DNA of 64,000 bases from a virus. The notes under the pieces were generated by a model that worked only from the letters and a program-made list of their open reading frames with translations, was not told the origin of the DNA and did not search any database. How positions within the stretch are numbered: position 1 is the first letter of the stretch; each line of letters opens with the position of its first letter. Where the stretch lies: positions 37,517 to 101,516 of the IMG/VR virus record IMGVR_UViG_3300008448_000018; one strand, given 5' to 3'. The position numbers and the translations under genes were made by a program. Shown piece after piece: positions 50,453-59,601 of the stretch.

Positions 50453-51813
50453 TAGACTGGATACCTCACAATAACTAGACCCGAACCACCATTTTTTGGG
50501 TCACCAGTTGCGTCGCCACCACCGCCGCCGCCAGTGTTTGCTGTTCCTGCTGTGCCAGTTGATATAAAGCGGGCACCACCATTTCCGCCACCACCTGCAC
50601 CACCTGTTCCTGCATAGTAACTTTGACCGCCATCATATGAGCCGCCTCCACCGCCACCTGCAATATAACCGCTAACACCTGTGCCAGTAGCATTAAGCCA
50701 AGAAGATAAAGTATTTAGACCAGGACCACCATTTCCAGCATTTTGTCCTGAAGCATTACCACCTGTGTTGCCAGCACCACCACCGCCGCCGCCATGAGCA
50801 TACCCAGTACTTCCTGACCCGCCATTTCCACCAGCATAGCCTTGCACTGGAGAAGTGGAAGGTGTATTTCCAGCACCACCTGCGCCACCGATGTAACCGC
50901 CACCACCACCGCCTGAGCCGCCGCTATTACCAGCCTTAAAAGAATCGTATGAACCTCCAGTGCCACCACCCGCAGATGTAGTTACCGCAAAAACTGAGTC
51001 CGAACCATTTGGATTTTTATAGGTTGTAGCAGCACCTGTGCCACCAGCACCAATTATTACGGGATAACCTTGTGGTGTTACAGAGTAAGAAGTAGAAGTT
51101 CTATAACCACCAGCGCCGCCACCACCGCCGCCAACACCGCCCGCAACTCCACCACCACCTCCACCTGCAACTACTAAATAGTCAACAGACATTGCAGTTT
51201 TTACATCAAGAATACCTGAGTTTTTAAATGCGTGGTACCAATAAGTACCATCTGTAGTAATAACATCTCCACCAGTTGCTTTAGGAACAGGAGCGGCTGC
51301 TTTGATTCCATAAAGAGTAAATGAACAACCAGAATTAAGATTACCATTTCCATATAAAGTTATAGATGTAATTGGTGAAGTATTTCTCCAAAGGTGCCCA
51401 AGAAGTTGTGTACTGGCAGTTGGATATCCACATCTGCTTATTGATGTTTTAAAAGTTGTTGCATTGGAATAATTCATTATGTGTGAAATACCACTTGTTG
51501 GATTTGTTGTATCTGTATCTCCAATAATGTATATTACTGATCCAGAATTTCTTCCTGATGTGACTGAAGTTATTCCTGTTAAATAAGTATTTGAATAATT
51601 AGATCCAGAGTCACCGTTAAATCTTAAAGAAACAAAGCCTGAACCACTTGACGTTGTTATGTTAGTTGATACAATTACCAAATCTGTATAAGTAGTTGGA
51701 ATATTAGAAAATGTAATAGAAGAAACTGCTCCTGATAAGGTTTGTGCATAAATTGGGGTATAAGTACTAAACTCTCCTTGAGGACCACCACTGGGTGTAG
51801 TTGTTATAGGCAT
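50452..51813 (-). CDS. glycine-rich virion/adhesin-like protein
   Basis: Same architecture; ends GGSGLVIVRYPV. Confidence 0.7.
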   Translation of the reverse strand: MPITTTPSGGPQGEFSTYTPIYAQTLSGAVSSITFSNIPTTYTDLVIVSTNITTSSGSGFVSLRFNGDSGSNYSNTYLTGITSVTSGRNSGSVIYIIGDTDTTNPTSGISHIMNYSNATTFKTSISRCGYPTASTQLLGHLWRNTSPITSITLYGNGNLNSGCSFTLYGIKAAAPVPKATGGDVITTDGTYWYHAFKNSGILDVKTAMSVDYLVVAGGGGGGVAGGVGGGGGGAGGYRTSTSYSVTPQGYPVIIGAGGTGAATTYKNPNGSDSVFAVTTSAGGGTGGSYDSFKAGNSGGSGGGGGGYIGGAGGAGNTPSTSPVQGYAGGNGGSGSTGYAHGGGGGGAGNTGGNASGQNAGNGGPGLNTLSSWLNATGTGVSGYIAGGGGGGSYDGGQSYYAGTGGAGGGGNGGARFISTGTAGTANTGGGGGGDATGDPKNGGSGLVIVRYPV

Positions 51814-52415
51814 TATGCTACCTTGATTCCATATAACGCAGCAGTTGTTCCTGAAGCCCAGGTGGAACCATTTACTGGAGACAAAGAGATTGTACTAATA
51901 GCATTTGCAGAATTTCTCCAGTTTCCAGAACTAAGATCTACCTCTCCTGAGCCATTTTGGTCATTACCTGTAATTGCACGAAAACTTTTAGTTTTAGATG
52001 TACTTGAGTAATCTACAATATCTATAATGCTTACCCCAAAAATAGATGCAGAAGCATTTGCTGCTGTAATAGCAAAAGTTCTTCCATAGGTAGCACTACC
52101 ACCTGTTAATGCTCCAGAACCTACTGAACTGCCATTACCCCACAAATCGTGGTTTGAGTAGTTAGCAGTAGTATCACTATTAAATACTAATTTAATTCCA
52201 TCTTGTGTACTTGCAGTAGTTGATCTAGCCATCATTCTAATCTGCAAATGTGTATAATTTGCAGGTATATCACTAAAAACAATACTAGAAGCCGTACTAG
52301 TCAAAGTAACTGTAGCCAAAGCAAACATGCCACTCTGGAAGGTCGTCTGATCCCAAAGTTTAGACGACTTACCATTAGTCTGAATACTTGAGGTAGATAA
52401 CCTTCTGAGTGCCAC
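51813..52415 (-). CDS. virion protein, paralog of the Gly-rich proteins' N-domain
   Basis: FSDIPANYTHLQIR...ALYGIK. Confidence 0.65.
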   Translation of the reverse strand: MALRRLSTSSIQTNGKSSKLWDQTTFQSGMFALATVTLTSTASSIVFSDIPANYTHLQIRMMARSTTASTQDGIKLVFNSDTTANYSNHDLWGNGSSVGSGALTGGSATYGRTFAITAANASASIFGVSIIDIVDYSSTSKTKSFRAITGNDQNGSGEVDLSSGNWRNSANAISTISLSPVNGSTWASGTTAALYGIKVA

Positions 52416-52433
52416 GGTTTATTGCTCCTAAAA

Positions 52434-52670
52434 TTAGATTACGAGTACTGCTGCTTCTTCTTCTGTCAAAGGTGTTCCAGCAATTAGTTTTGCTCTTGCT
52501 GATGCTTTGAGTTCCGCCAATGCTTCGGCTGCTGCTACACGCTCTGCTTCTGCTTCTAGAGCGGCTGCTGCATCTTGATCACGCTGTGCAATTTCTGCAG
52601 CAGTCAAGGGAACAATCTTTTGTTCTCCACTGGCGCAATCAACTACGATCTTTGTTAATGCTTCAGACAT
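52434..52670 (-). CDS. small fibre-associated/chaperone-like protein
   Basis: Ala/Glu-rich helical; ends LTEEEAAVLVI. Confidence 0.6.
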   Translation of the reverse strand: MSEALTKIVVDCASGEQKIVPLTAAEIAQRDQDAAAALEAEAERVAAAEALAELKASARAKLIAGTPLTEEEAAVLVI

Positions 52671-53041
52671 TATTCAACTTCCTTCCATGAGGTTGTATCT
52701 TCATCCCATGTGAAGAATTTTCCTTCTTCAACAGGCATAGGTGTTGGGGCTTCCCAAAGACATGTGTCTTCGTTAAGGTTCCATGAATCAAATGGCTTAG
52801 GTGGTATGAAAGCATCTCTGCCTGCATCATACTTAAAGCCAATACCCGCATAATTCTTGCGGTATGGAGTTCCACCATTTGAGTGTACTCCTCCGACGGT
52901 ATTGTAAGAAGTTTTCTTCCATGTACCGCCAAGTCCTAGATCATCTGCCAAAAATTCTTGACCACGATCTTCTTGTGCATCTGCAACTACTAAAACACGA
53001 AGGACTGTGCCCTCTGCGTCAATTTCTGCAAAATGTGCCAT
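52670..53041 (-). CDS. fibre-associated protein
   Basis: MAHFAEI...RKNYAGIG..YD...DAFIPPKP..SW...WEAP.P.P...W.E. Confidence 0.65.
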   Translation of the reverse strand: MAHFAEIDAEGTVLRVLVVADAQEDRGQEFLADDLGLGGTWKKTSYNTVGGVHSNGGTPYRKNYAGIGFKYDAGRDAFIPPKPFDSWNLNEDTCLWEAPTPMPVEEGKFFTWDEDTTSWKEVE

Positions 53042-53089
53042 TACTTACCTCCTTGTTTGTATAACTTATTATAGCATTAAAAATTTTTG

Positions 53090-54463
53090 TTATGCTTTGT
53101 ATCTGATAATTACTATACCAGAACCACCAGAACCACCTTCATAGTAGTTAGAAGAAGTAGGTGAACTTCCACCTGCACCGCCGCCACCGCCAGTGTTACG
53201 GTCTCCGTTATTTCCTGCTCCTTCATCATTTGCTTTGCCGTTTCCTCCGCCGCCTATGCCTCCAGAACCAGCAGTTGTTCCTCTTGCTCCAGCACCGCCA
53301 CCACCAGCAAAGTAAGTTGTAGTTCCGTTATACCAAATTCCTACACCAGCGCCACCATTTCCTGAAGTTGCACCTGAAACACCTGCAGCGCCTGCGCCAC
53401 CGCCGCCACCGCCACGAGTGCCGCTACCTGCACCACCTGCATTACCCTGAGAAGAAGGAGAAACGGAGCCACCTGATCCAGAAGAACCAGCGCCACCACC
53501 ACCAGAGGCTCCTGAAGTACCTGTAAATCCACTACTTCCATTATCACGACCACCACCGCCACCACCTGCAGGGGCAAGAGTAAATGAACCAAACCCAAAG
53601 GTTGTTGTGTTTCCATTAGTTCCATTAGTTCCAAAACCTGAGCCTGCTGCATTAACTCCTGGTCCTGCTGCGCCACCTGCGCCAATTGTAATAGTTCCTG
53701 ATGCTCCAGAAGGAAAAGATGTTAAAGAAGTTAGGTAACCTCCTGCACCACCACCTCCTGCACCATTACCTCCACCTTGAGCACTTCCTGCACCTCCACC
53801 ACCAGCAAAAGCAAAGACATCTGCGGCTGGAATTGGTGCGGTAGTTGAAAAGGTTCCCGAAGAAGTAAAGGTATGGTAAACATAAGTACCATCAAATACT
53901 ATATTTCCACCAGTTGCTTTGATTGAGTTACCTGCAGTTTTTGCAGCGTTTTTAATTCCATAAAGAGTAAAAGTTGAATTCTCTGAAATTGTTCCAGCGG
54001 ATGAAGATATATCAATACTTGTTATAGGATCAGGGTTTGACCAAAGACCTGAGGCAATTATTAAATAGGCAATAGTTTGGTTTGCTTCAGTGGTGCAATC
54101 AACAGTGTAAGTTTTGTAAACATAACCCGTATAGTTTGGTATATTAATTTCTGTATTTGAAAATACGTTATCTGTTACAGGAGAGTTTACTCCTGGAAAT
54201 CTTCCTATATCACCAGCAGTAGTTGCGCCAGTTCCAGTAGCAACGCTATCCCCACGTCCTTGAGCGTAGACGGAAGAGTAGCCTGTTGTGCTTCCATTAA
54301 ACTTTAATCTTGCAATAGTTCCAGTATTTCCATCACTAGTTCTTGCAGAAATAAGTATTTTTAAATCTGTGTAATTTTGAGAAATATTAGAAAAAGTAAC
54401 AGTTGATGTACCGCCTACCCCAACAGTAGTTGAACTAAGTTTTGTCATTGTCTCTAAACTCAT
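53090..54463 (-). CDS. glycine-rich virion/adhesin-like protein
   Basis: Same architecture; ends GGSGIVIIRYKA. Confidence 0.7.
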   Translation of the reverse strand: MSLETMTKLSSTTVGVGGTSTVTFSNISQNYTDLKILISARTSDGNTGTIARLKFNGSTTGYSSVYAQGRGDSVATGTGATTAGDIGRFPGVNSPVTDNVFSNTEINIPNYTGYVYKTYTVDCTTEANQTIAYLIIASGLWSNPDPITSIDISSSAGTISENSTFTLYGIKNAAKTAGNSIKATGGNIVFDGTYVYHTFTSSGTFSTTAPIPAADVFAFAGGGGAGSAQGGGNGAGGGGAGGYLTSLTSFPSGASGTITIGAGGAAGPGVNAAGSGFGTNGTNGNTTTFGFGSFTLAPAGGGGGGRDNGSSGFTGTSGASGGGGAGSSGSGGSVSPSSQGNAGGAGSGTRGGGGGGAGAAGVSGATSGNGGAGVGIWYNGTTTYFAGGGGAGARGTTAGSGGIGGGGNGKANDEGAGNNGDRNTGGGGGAGGSSPTSSNYYEGGSGGSGIVIIRYKA

Positions 54464-55788
54464 ACTGGATACCTCACAATTACAATACCTGAAGCACCAT
54501 TAGATCCCTGGCGAGAGTTTACGCTAGTATACGATCCTCCACCACCGCCGCCGCCGCCATTAACTGTTGGACTTGTTGGATTTACGTTTCCACTTGAACT
54601 TTGTTGTCCACCAGTTCCAGCATTTGTACCAGCAGTTCCTGCTGTACCAGTACTACCATTGACGTAAATACCTCCAGAACCTCCAGAACCAAAATGTGTT
54701 AAGCCTGAAATAGTTAGTCCAGAAAATATATTTGATAAGGCATATCCCTGTCCACCAGCACCTGAAACACGAGTAGATGTATTGGCTGCTCCACCAGCAG
54801 AGGTTGCACCTCCACCTCCACCACCAGCATATCGCTCAGGTCCGCTACCTACTGCAAAACCTGCACCACCAATATTTGTATTAGAACCTGAAGCACCTCC
54901 ACCACTAGAACCTAGAGCACCACCGCCACCTGAACCACCAGTTTGTCCAGCCTGTAAACCAGCAGATGCATCACCAGTTCCACCGCCACCTCCACCTAAT
55001 GAGGTTGTGTCAGAGGCAAAACTTGTAGTTGCACCATTTGCACCTGCAGATGAAGTGCTGGTTGCTGTAGCGCCACCGCCACCAATAGTAACTGTTTTGG
55101 TAACTCCAGAAGCAATTGACAAGTTATTAAGAATGTCTACTTCGCCTCCACCGCCACCACCTGCGTTATTCCATCCTCCTCCGCCTCCACCGCCAACAGA
55201 CAAAACATCGCAAGTTAGTGCTTGGTTTGTAACAAATGATTGAGTTTGGTTAAATACGTGATACCAGTAATTTCCGTCGGTAAATAATAGACCACCAGTA
55301 GCCTTTGGAGTACCTGATTTAATACCGTATAGAGAAAAAGTAGTTCCTGTTTGAAAAAGATTTGTTCCGCCAGTGCCACATTCAATTGATGTAATTGCTG
55401 CAGTACTACGCCATAAACCAATAGATGCTTTTACTCCACTTGTTGTATAATTACTGCGTGAAAGCGCAGTTTTAAAAGTTGTAGAGTTTGAGTAGTTATT
55501 AATGTGAGTAATTATATTTGACTGGGTAGCGATAATACTTCCATTATAAATATAAGTCTGATTTGTATTTCTATTTGTTGATGTTGCACTACCATTTCCA
55601 TCTATTTCAGTATTTGAATATAAAGAAGTTGTGTTACCATTAAAACGCAATGTAAAATAAGAACCTGTATTTGCAGTTCCATCTACAACAATAGTTAAGT
55701 GTGTGTAATCCTGTGGAATTCCAGAAAAAACTACTGAAGTTGTAGTTGAAGTTAAAACTACCGACTGTAATGGTTTATAAGTAGGCAT
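54460..55788 (-). CDS. glycine-rich virion/adhesin-like protein
   Basis: Same architecture; ends SGIVIVRYPV. Confidence 0.7.
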   Translation of the reverse strand: MPTYKPLQSVVLTSTTTSVVFSGIPQDYTHLTIVVDGTANTGSYFTLRFNGNTTSLYSNTEIDGNGSATSTNRNTNQTYIYNGSIIATQSNIITHINNYSNSTTFKTALSRSNYTTSGVKASIGLWRSTAAITSIECGTGGTNLFQTGTTFSLYGIKSGTPKATGGLLFTDGNYWYHVFNQTQSFVTNQALTCDVLSVGGGGGGGWNNAGGGGGGEVDILNNLSIASGVTKTVTIGGGGATATSTSSAGANGATTSFASDTTSLGGGGGGTGDASAGLQAGQTGGSGGGGALGSSGGGASGSNTNIGGAGFAVGSGPERYAGGGGGGATSAGGAANTSTRVSGAGGQGYALSNIFSGLTISGLTHFGSGGSGGIYVNGSTGTAGTAGTNAGTGGQQSSSGNVNPTSPTVNGGGGGGGGSYTSVNSRQGSNGASGIVIVRYPV

Positions 55789-55789
55789 T

Positions 55790-56368
55790 CTATTTTACTC
55801 CAAATAAAGAAAAAAGTGAATTTGCAGCAAAATTTCCTGTATTTGGAAATATTGTTATTGTATTAATTGCTGCTAACATACGCCAGTTACCTGAAGTAAT
55901 CTGTAAAGCGCCACCTGTACCGTTTCTATCAAACCCACCAATACTACGGGCAGCCTTATACTTAGTTGTATTAGCATAGTCTAATATGTCTGTTACTGAC
56001 ATTGCTGGATATGTGCTATCTCCAGCATTGAAACCAAGATAGAAAAAAGGTTGATTTGCTCCACCGCTTGATGACGTAGCGCCGCCACCACCAGCGCCAT
56101 AAAAATAATGTTGAGAATAATTGCTACCATCTCCATTAAATGTTACTTGTATGTCAGAGTTGGCATTAGGTGACAAAACAAAAGAACGCAATTGTAAATG
56201 TGTGTAGGTAGCAGGAATAGACGAAAAAGTTACAGAAGAGGCGGTACCAGTTAAAAGAACAGATCCTAAAGAATCAAAAGCCGAAGTAGCAGTAAAGCCA
56301 TCCCAAATATCATTATACTTTGGCAAGCCATCTTGAATAGATGAGTCCGATGCTCTACTAATTGCCAC
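55790..56368 (-). CDS. virion protein, paralog of 51813..52415
   Basis: FSSIPATYTHLQLR...SLFGVK. Confidence 0.65.
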   Translation of the reverse strand: MAISRASDSSIQDGLPKYNDIWDGFTATSAFDSLGSVLLTGTASSVTFSSIPATYTHLQLRSFVLSPNANSDIQVTFNGDGSNYSQHYFYGAGGGGATSSSGGANQPFFYLGFNAGDSTYPAMSVTDILDYANTTKYKAARSIGGFDRNGTGGALQITSGNWRMLAAINTITIFPNTGNFAANSLFSLFGVK

Positions 56369-56382
56369 TTACGTGACCCCCT

Positions 56383-56745
56383 TTAAGAAATTTCAGAGCC
56401 GAAGGCAGAAAATGACATTGTAGCAGCAGAAGCATAAACAGTAATAATATCTGTTGTACCTAGCGTGATACCAAGCGTAAGTGCTGTTGTATCATTTGCT
56501 GCAATTGGAACATCATAAGCAACATAGTGTTGTGTTGCAATTGACGCACCTGAAGGGCGAACTGCAATACGGAATGTTCCTGCTGTTGATGCTTGATTAC
56601 ATACAGTAATTGTTGAAACAACTGTTGAAGTTGCTGAAGGGACTGTATAAAGATTTGTATTTGTAGTAGCAGCCAAAGTTGCAGATCCATTACCTGATGA
56701 ACCAGATGAACCTGTCTGTGCTAGTACCTTATATGCTGTTGGCAT
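56383..56745 (-). CDS. small virion protein
   Basis: LYTVP....VVSTITVCN...FSAFGSEIS; own promoter and AAGGAG RBS. Confidence 0.6.
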   Translation of the reverse strand: MPTAYKVLAQTGSSGSSGNGSATLAATTNTNLYTVPSATSTVVSTITVCNQASTAGTFRIAVRPSGASIATQHYVAYDVPIAANDTTALTLGITLGTTDIITVYASAATMSFSAFGSEIS

Positions 56746-56778
56746 TGTTTATCTCCTTGTGATTATATTGTACCATAT

Positions 56779-57492
56779 TTACATACCGCCAAGTAAAAAG
56801 ATATCTGGCAAAGATGCAGATCCGCCACCACCACTTGGTGCAGACCAGGCAGGGATTCCAGAAGAAACAGTGAGTACCTGTCCTTCACTTCCAATGCCTA
56901 ATCTTGCTGGGGTATTAGAACCTGATGCATAAATAATATCACCAGTGGTACTAGTTAATGTATTATTTATTACCTGACTCAATAGGGCTACTGTGCCTGA
57001 TGTGTCAGGAAATGTAATTGTTCTGTCTGCCGTTGGATCTGTGACAGTAAGAGTAGTTTCAAAATCGTTTGCTGTTGATCCCTCAAAAACAATGCTTGAA
57101 TCATTTAATGTTAAACCAGTAACGACTGGAGACACTAGAGTGCTTGTCCACTGTAACCCAGTAGCGGTTGCACTATTAGCAATTAAAAATTGATTATTTG
57201 ATCCCACTGCTAATTCTGCTGGTGTGCTTGCTGCAGAGGCTGAGATAAGTGAGCCTTTGGCTGTTAGAACATCTTCATCAACATAGTCATCACCAAAAGT
57301 TGTGATTTGAGATTGAAGGTTGTTTATTGTGTAGGCAATAGAAGGGTTAATAAGGTTTGCTGGGTTTGTTTCGCTGGTGTCAAAACTATATGAGCCATAG
57401 TGATATGCTCTTAGAGCAGCCTGGATATCTGCGGCATCCGCATATCCTGGAATCTTTGTTGGGACTAATACACCAATACTTTCAACTGCCAT
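56779..57492 (-). CDS. fibre-like virion protein
   Basis: Shares the FEGSTANDFETTLTVTDPTADRTITFPD module with fibres at 42.6-46.8 kb. Confidence 0.65.
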   Translation of the reverse strand: MAVESIGVLVPTKIPGYADAADIQAALRAYHYGSYSFDTSETNPANLINPSIAYTINNLQSQITTFGDDYVDEDVLTAKGSLISASAASTPAELAVGSNNQFLIANSATATGLQWTSTLVSPVVTGLTLNDSSIVFEGSTANDFETTLTVTDPTADRTITFPDTSGTVALLSQVINNTLTSTTGDIIYASGSNTPARLGIGSEGQVLTVSSGIPAWSAPSGGGGSASLPDIFLLGGM

Positions 57493-57530
57493 ATATCACC
57501 TCACTAGAATTATATCATAAAGTATACAAT

Positions 57531-58130
57531 TTAAGACTCTTCGTCTGCTGCAACTATTGATATAAATAAATGTGTTGTCACCTCTCCTGTCAAAAGTGCC
57601 CAGTCTCCATATGGACCAGAGTCTATATCGCTTCTATGTTCTACTGCCTTAAAGTTAATTACAAGGTCATCTCCTGCACCTGCAAGTGCTGGAATAGACA
57701 TTGATGAGGCAATTGGATTGTCATGAGCAATGCTGTATTGAACGTTAAAATTAGCGGCAGTTAAAGGAGTTCCAGTAACAGTAACAATATCTGCAATAGG
57801 AATAACTACTTGACCTTCTCCTGCTGCATATGTTGTTAAGTGATTCTCTGAATAAATAGTTGGGTTAATTTCAAGAATTTGAATCCATGTGTCTCCACCA
57901 GGCTCTGATACATATTGGTATAAATATCCATAGTCTGTTCCTGGAGATGTATTAATATAAAGATCGTTTAGAAGTGGAGTCTGACCAATTTCTACAATAT
58001 TTGGATCTCCAACGCCAACGAATACTTGACTACCACGAGTTCCAGATGGTCCAATATCTACAAGAACCTCTACCGTGCTTGGTGGACCTAAAACTGTTAC
58101 ATCGTCATTAGACAATAAAACTTCAGGCAT
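57531..58130 (-). CDS. virion protein
   Basis: GPSGTRGS collagen-like stub; coupled ORF. Confidence 0.55.
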   Translation of the reverse strand: MPEVLLSNDDVTVLGPPSTVEVLVDIGPSGTRGSQVFVGVGDPNIVEIGQTPLLNDLYINTSPGTDYGYLYQYVSEPGGDTWIQILEINPTIYSENHLTTYAAGEGQVVIPIADIVTVTGTPLTAANFNVQYSIAHDNPIASSMSIPALAGAGDDLVINFKAVEHRSDIDSGPYGDWALLTGEVTTHLFISIVAADEES

Positions 58131-58483
58131 TAGACAGCACCTGTAATATCATCAGTAACTGTAATTGAACCAGTCAATACTGTTAAAATAACATCTGGTG
58201 TTGGTGTTGTATCTGTAATCTGAACGTCATAAACATATGTACCTGCTGCAAGCGTTCTTCCAACTGCAGGAGTAATTGTACAGGTAATAATATCTGTTGT
58301 TGCATTTACTGTTGCAGTTCCAACATACTGTGTACCAGTTGAACCACGACGATTTGCAATTGTAAAAGTTGCACTATAGTTTGTCAAGTCATATGCAGAA
58401 CCATTTGAAGTTTTTGGACGAATTACAAACTCTGCTGTGTCACCACGATAGTAACTAAAATTGTATGTTCCTGGAAATGCCAT
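58130..58483 (-). CDS. BppU-N/Ig-like 'RGDT' domain protein
   Basis: YYRGDT...YVYDVQI...GSITV.DDIT. Confidence 0.6.
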   Translation of the reverse strand: MAFPGTYNFSYYRGDTAEFVIRPKTSNGSAYDLTNYSATFTIANRRGSTGTQYVGTATVNATTDIITCTITPAVGRTLAAGTYVYDVQITDTTPTPDVILTVLTGSITVTDDITGAV

Positions 58484-58587
58484 TATAACTCCTGTACCTT
58501 ATAAGTAACGTCATCAACCTTTACGATAGGTGGCAGGGTATCAGTTTTAGATGTAATAGCAATTACAATATCTGTTGGAATACTCAT
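58483..58587 (-). CDS. 34-aa protein missing from the ORF track
   Basis: MSIPTDIVIAITSKTDTLPPIVKVDDVTYKVQEL; AGGAGG RBS; ATGA and TAATG overlaps with both neighbours. Confidence 0.7.
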   Translation of the reverse strand: MSIPTDIVIAITSKTDTLPPIVKVDDVTYKVQEL

Positions 58588-58988
58588 AGACTACCTCCTG
58601 GAGAAACATCTCCTATAACAGTAATTGTACCAATAATCGGAGTCCAAACAGTATCTTCTCCAGCACCACTACCTGCTTCAATAATAACCTGTAAATCAAA
58701 AGGTAGTTCTGCTACCACAGATTTGTATGATGATCCCCAGTTAAGTGTGAGTGAGGCTGGAGCCTTAATAATTACCGAATGACCCTCAGACTCTGTTATA
58801 AGTTCATCTAGAACATCCCCGTTGACATCATAGGCTGTAGCCTTGTAGGTCCATCCAGTGCAGTCAAATCCTGTGGTCTCATCTAATTCAAAAAAGTCGA
58901 CAAATAGTTGGGCTGTGTCTCCACGGACAACGTTCCATTTTACGCTTATCGGGTTAGCGCCATATTTTTGGATTGTAGAGGTACACAT
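58584..58988 (-). CDS. BppU-N/Ig-like 'RGDT' domain protein
   Basis: WNVVRGDT...FDLQV...GTITVIGDV. Confidence 0.55.
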   Translation of the reverse strand: MCTSTIQKYGANPISVKWNVVRGDTAQLFVDFFELDETTGFDCTGWTYKATAYDVNGDVLDELITESEGHSVIIKAPASLTLNWGSSYKSVVAELPFDLQVIIEAGSGAGEDTVWTPIIGTITVIGDVSPGGSL

Positions 58989-59006
58989 AATAATTGATTA
59001 TACCAT

Positions 59007-59067
59007 AAAAAAGGATTAATCCCTAGGCGCAGTGGGGTGGGGTAGAGAGCAACCTAGGGACTAATCT
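59007..59067 (-). ncRNA. candidate ~61-nt hairpin small RNA with C-rich loop
   Basis: TGATATAAT promoter at 59082-59074; 14-bp stem GAUUAGUCCCUAGG/CCUAGGGAUUAAUC; loop UCUCUACCCCACCCCACU; U6 tail; no ORF. Confidence 0.65.
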
Positions 59068-59290
59068 GTTTAGATTATATCATTGATATTATAAAAATAT
59101 ATGAGGTTTATAACAAATTGTTATCATCCAGGTATATAAAGAATTGTTACCTAATTGTTATAATTCAAATGTCCGATTTATACTATAAGTTCACATATGC
59201 CAGAGTATTGATGGTGTATACTTAAATATATATAAAGAAAAGAATATCTTTAAACTTAGTTTTTAGAATATATATTATATATAGAAGAAA

Positions 59291-59572
59291 TTAATCTTTA
59301 GTTTTTGCTCTAGGCTTTTTAGCATTTTGACTAGCAATGAAGTCAATTAAAATATCATACATATGATCTATTTTACGATTCATGTCTTTACGTAATGCGT
59401 CTGCTTCGTTTTGTCTAGCCTCTAGTCGATTGACTGCATCTTTTAGACTGGATCCAGAATTTGGCTTAAGTTCGTTTAGATAATGTTTTACGAGCCATTT
59501 AATTCCTCCAGCAAAAATGCCTAGGATTGATAAAATTGAAAGTGTTAGGGCTGCCCAATCTTGTGGAGTCAT
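59291..59572 (-). CDS. holin-like membrane protein
   Basis: N-terminal TM helix, LKPNSGSSLKDAVNRLE coiled coil, basic C-terminus. Confidence 0.55.
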   Translation of the reverse strand: MTPQDWAALTLSILSILGIFAGGIKWLVKHYLNELKPNSGSSLKDAVNRLEARQNEADALRKDMNRKIDHMYDILIDFIASQNAKKPRAKTKD

Positions 59573-59601
59573 GAGATTTATTATATCATTATTTGAGACA
59601 A

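Noticed and set aside
13977-57560. Many plus-strand and alternate-frame ORFs in the track (e.g. 13977..14294, 25381..25875, 33475..33930, 42991..43467, 54782..55243)
   Set aside because: They are shadows of long minus-strand genes, with no RBS, promoter or recognisable motifs
59032-59043. G-quadruplex at GGGGTGGGG
   Set aside because: Only two G-runs; better explained as the complement of the sRNA loop
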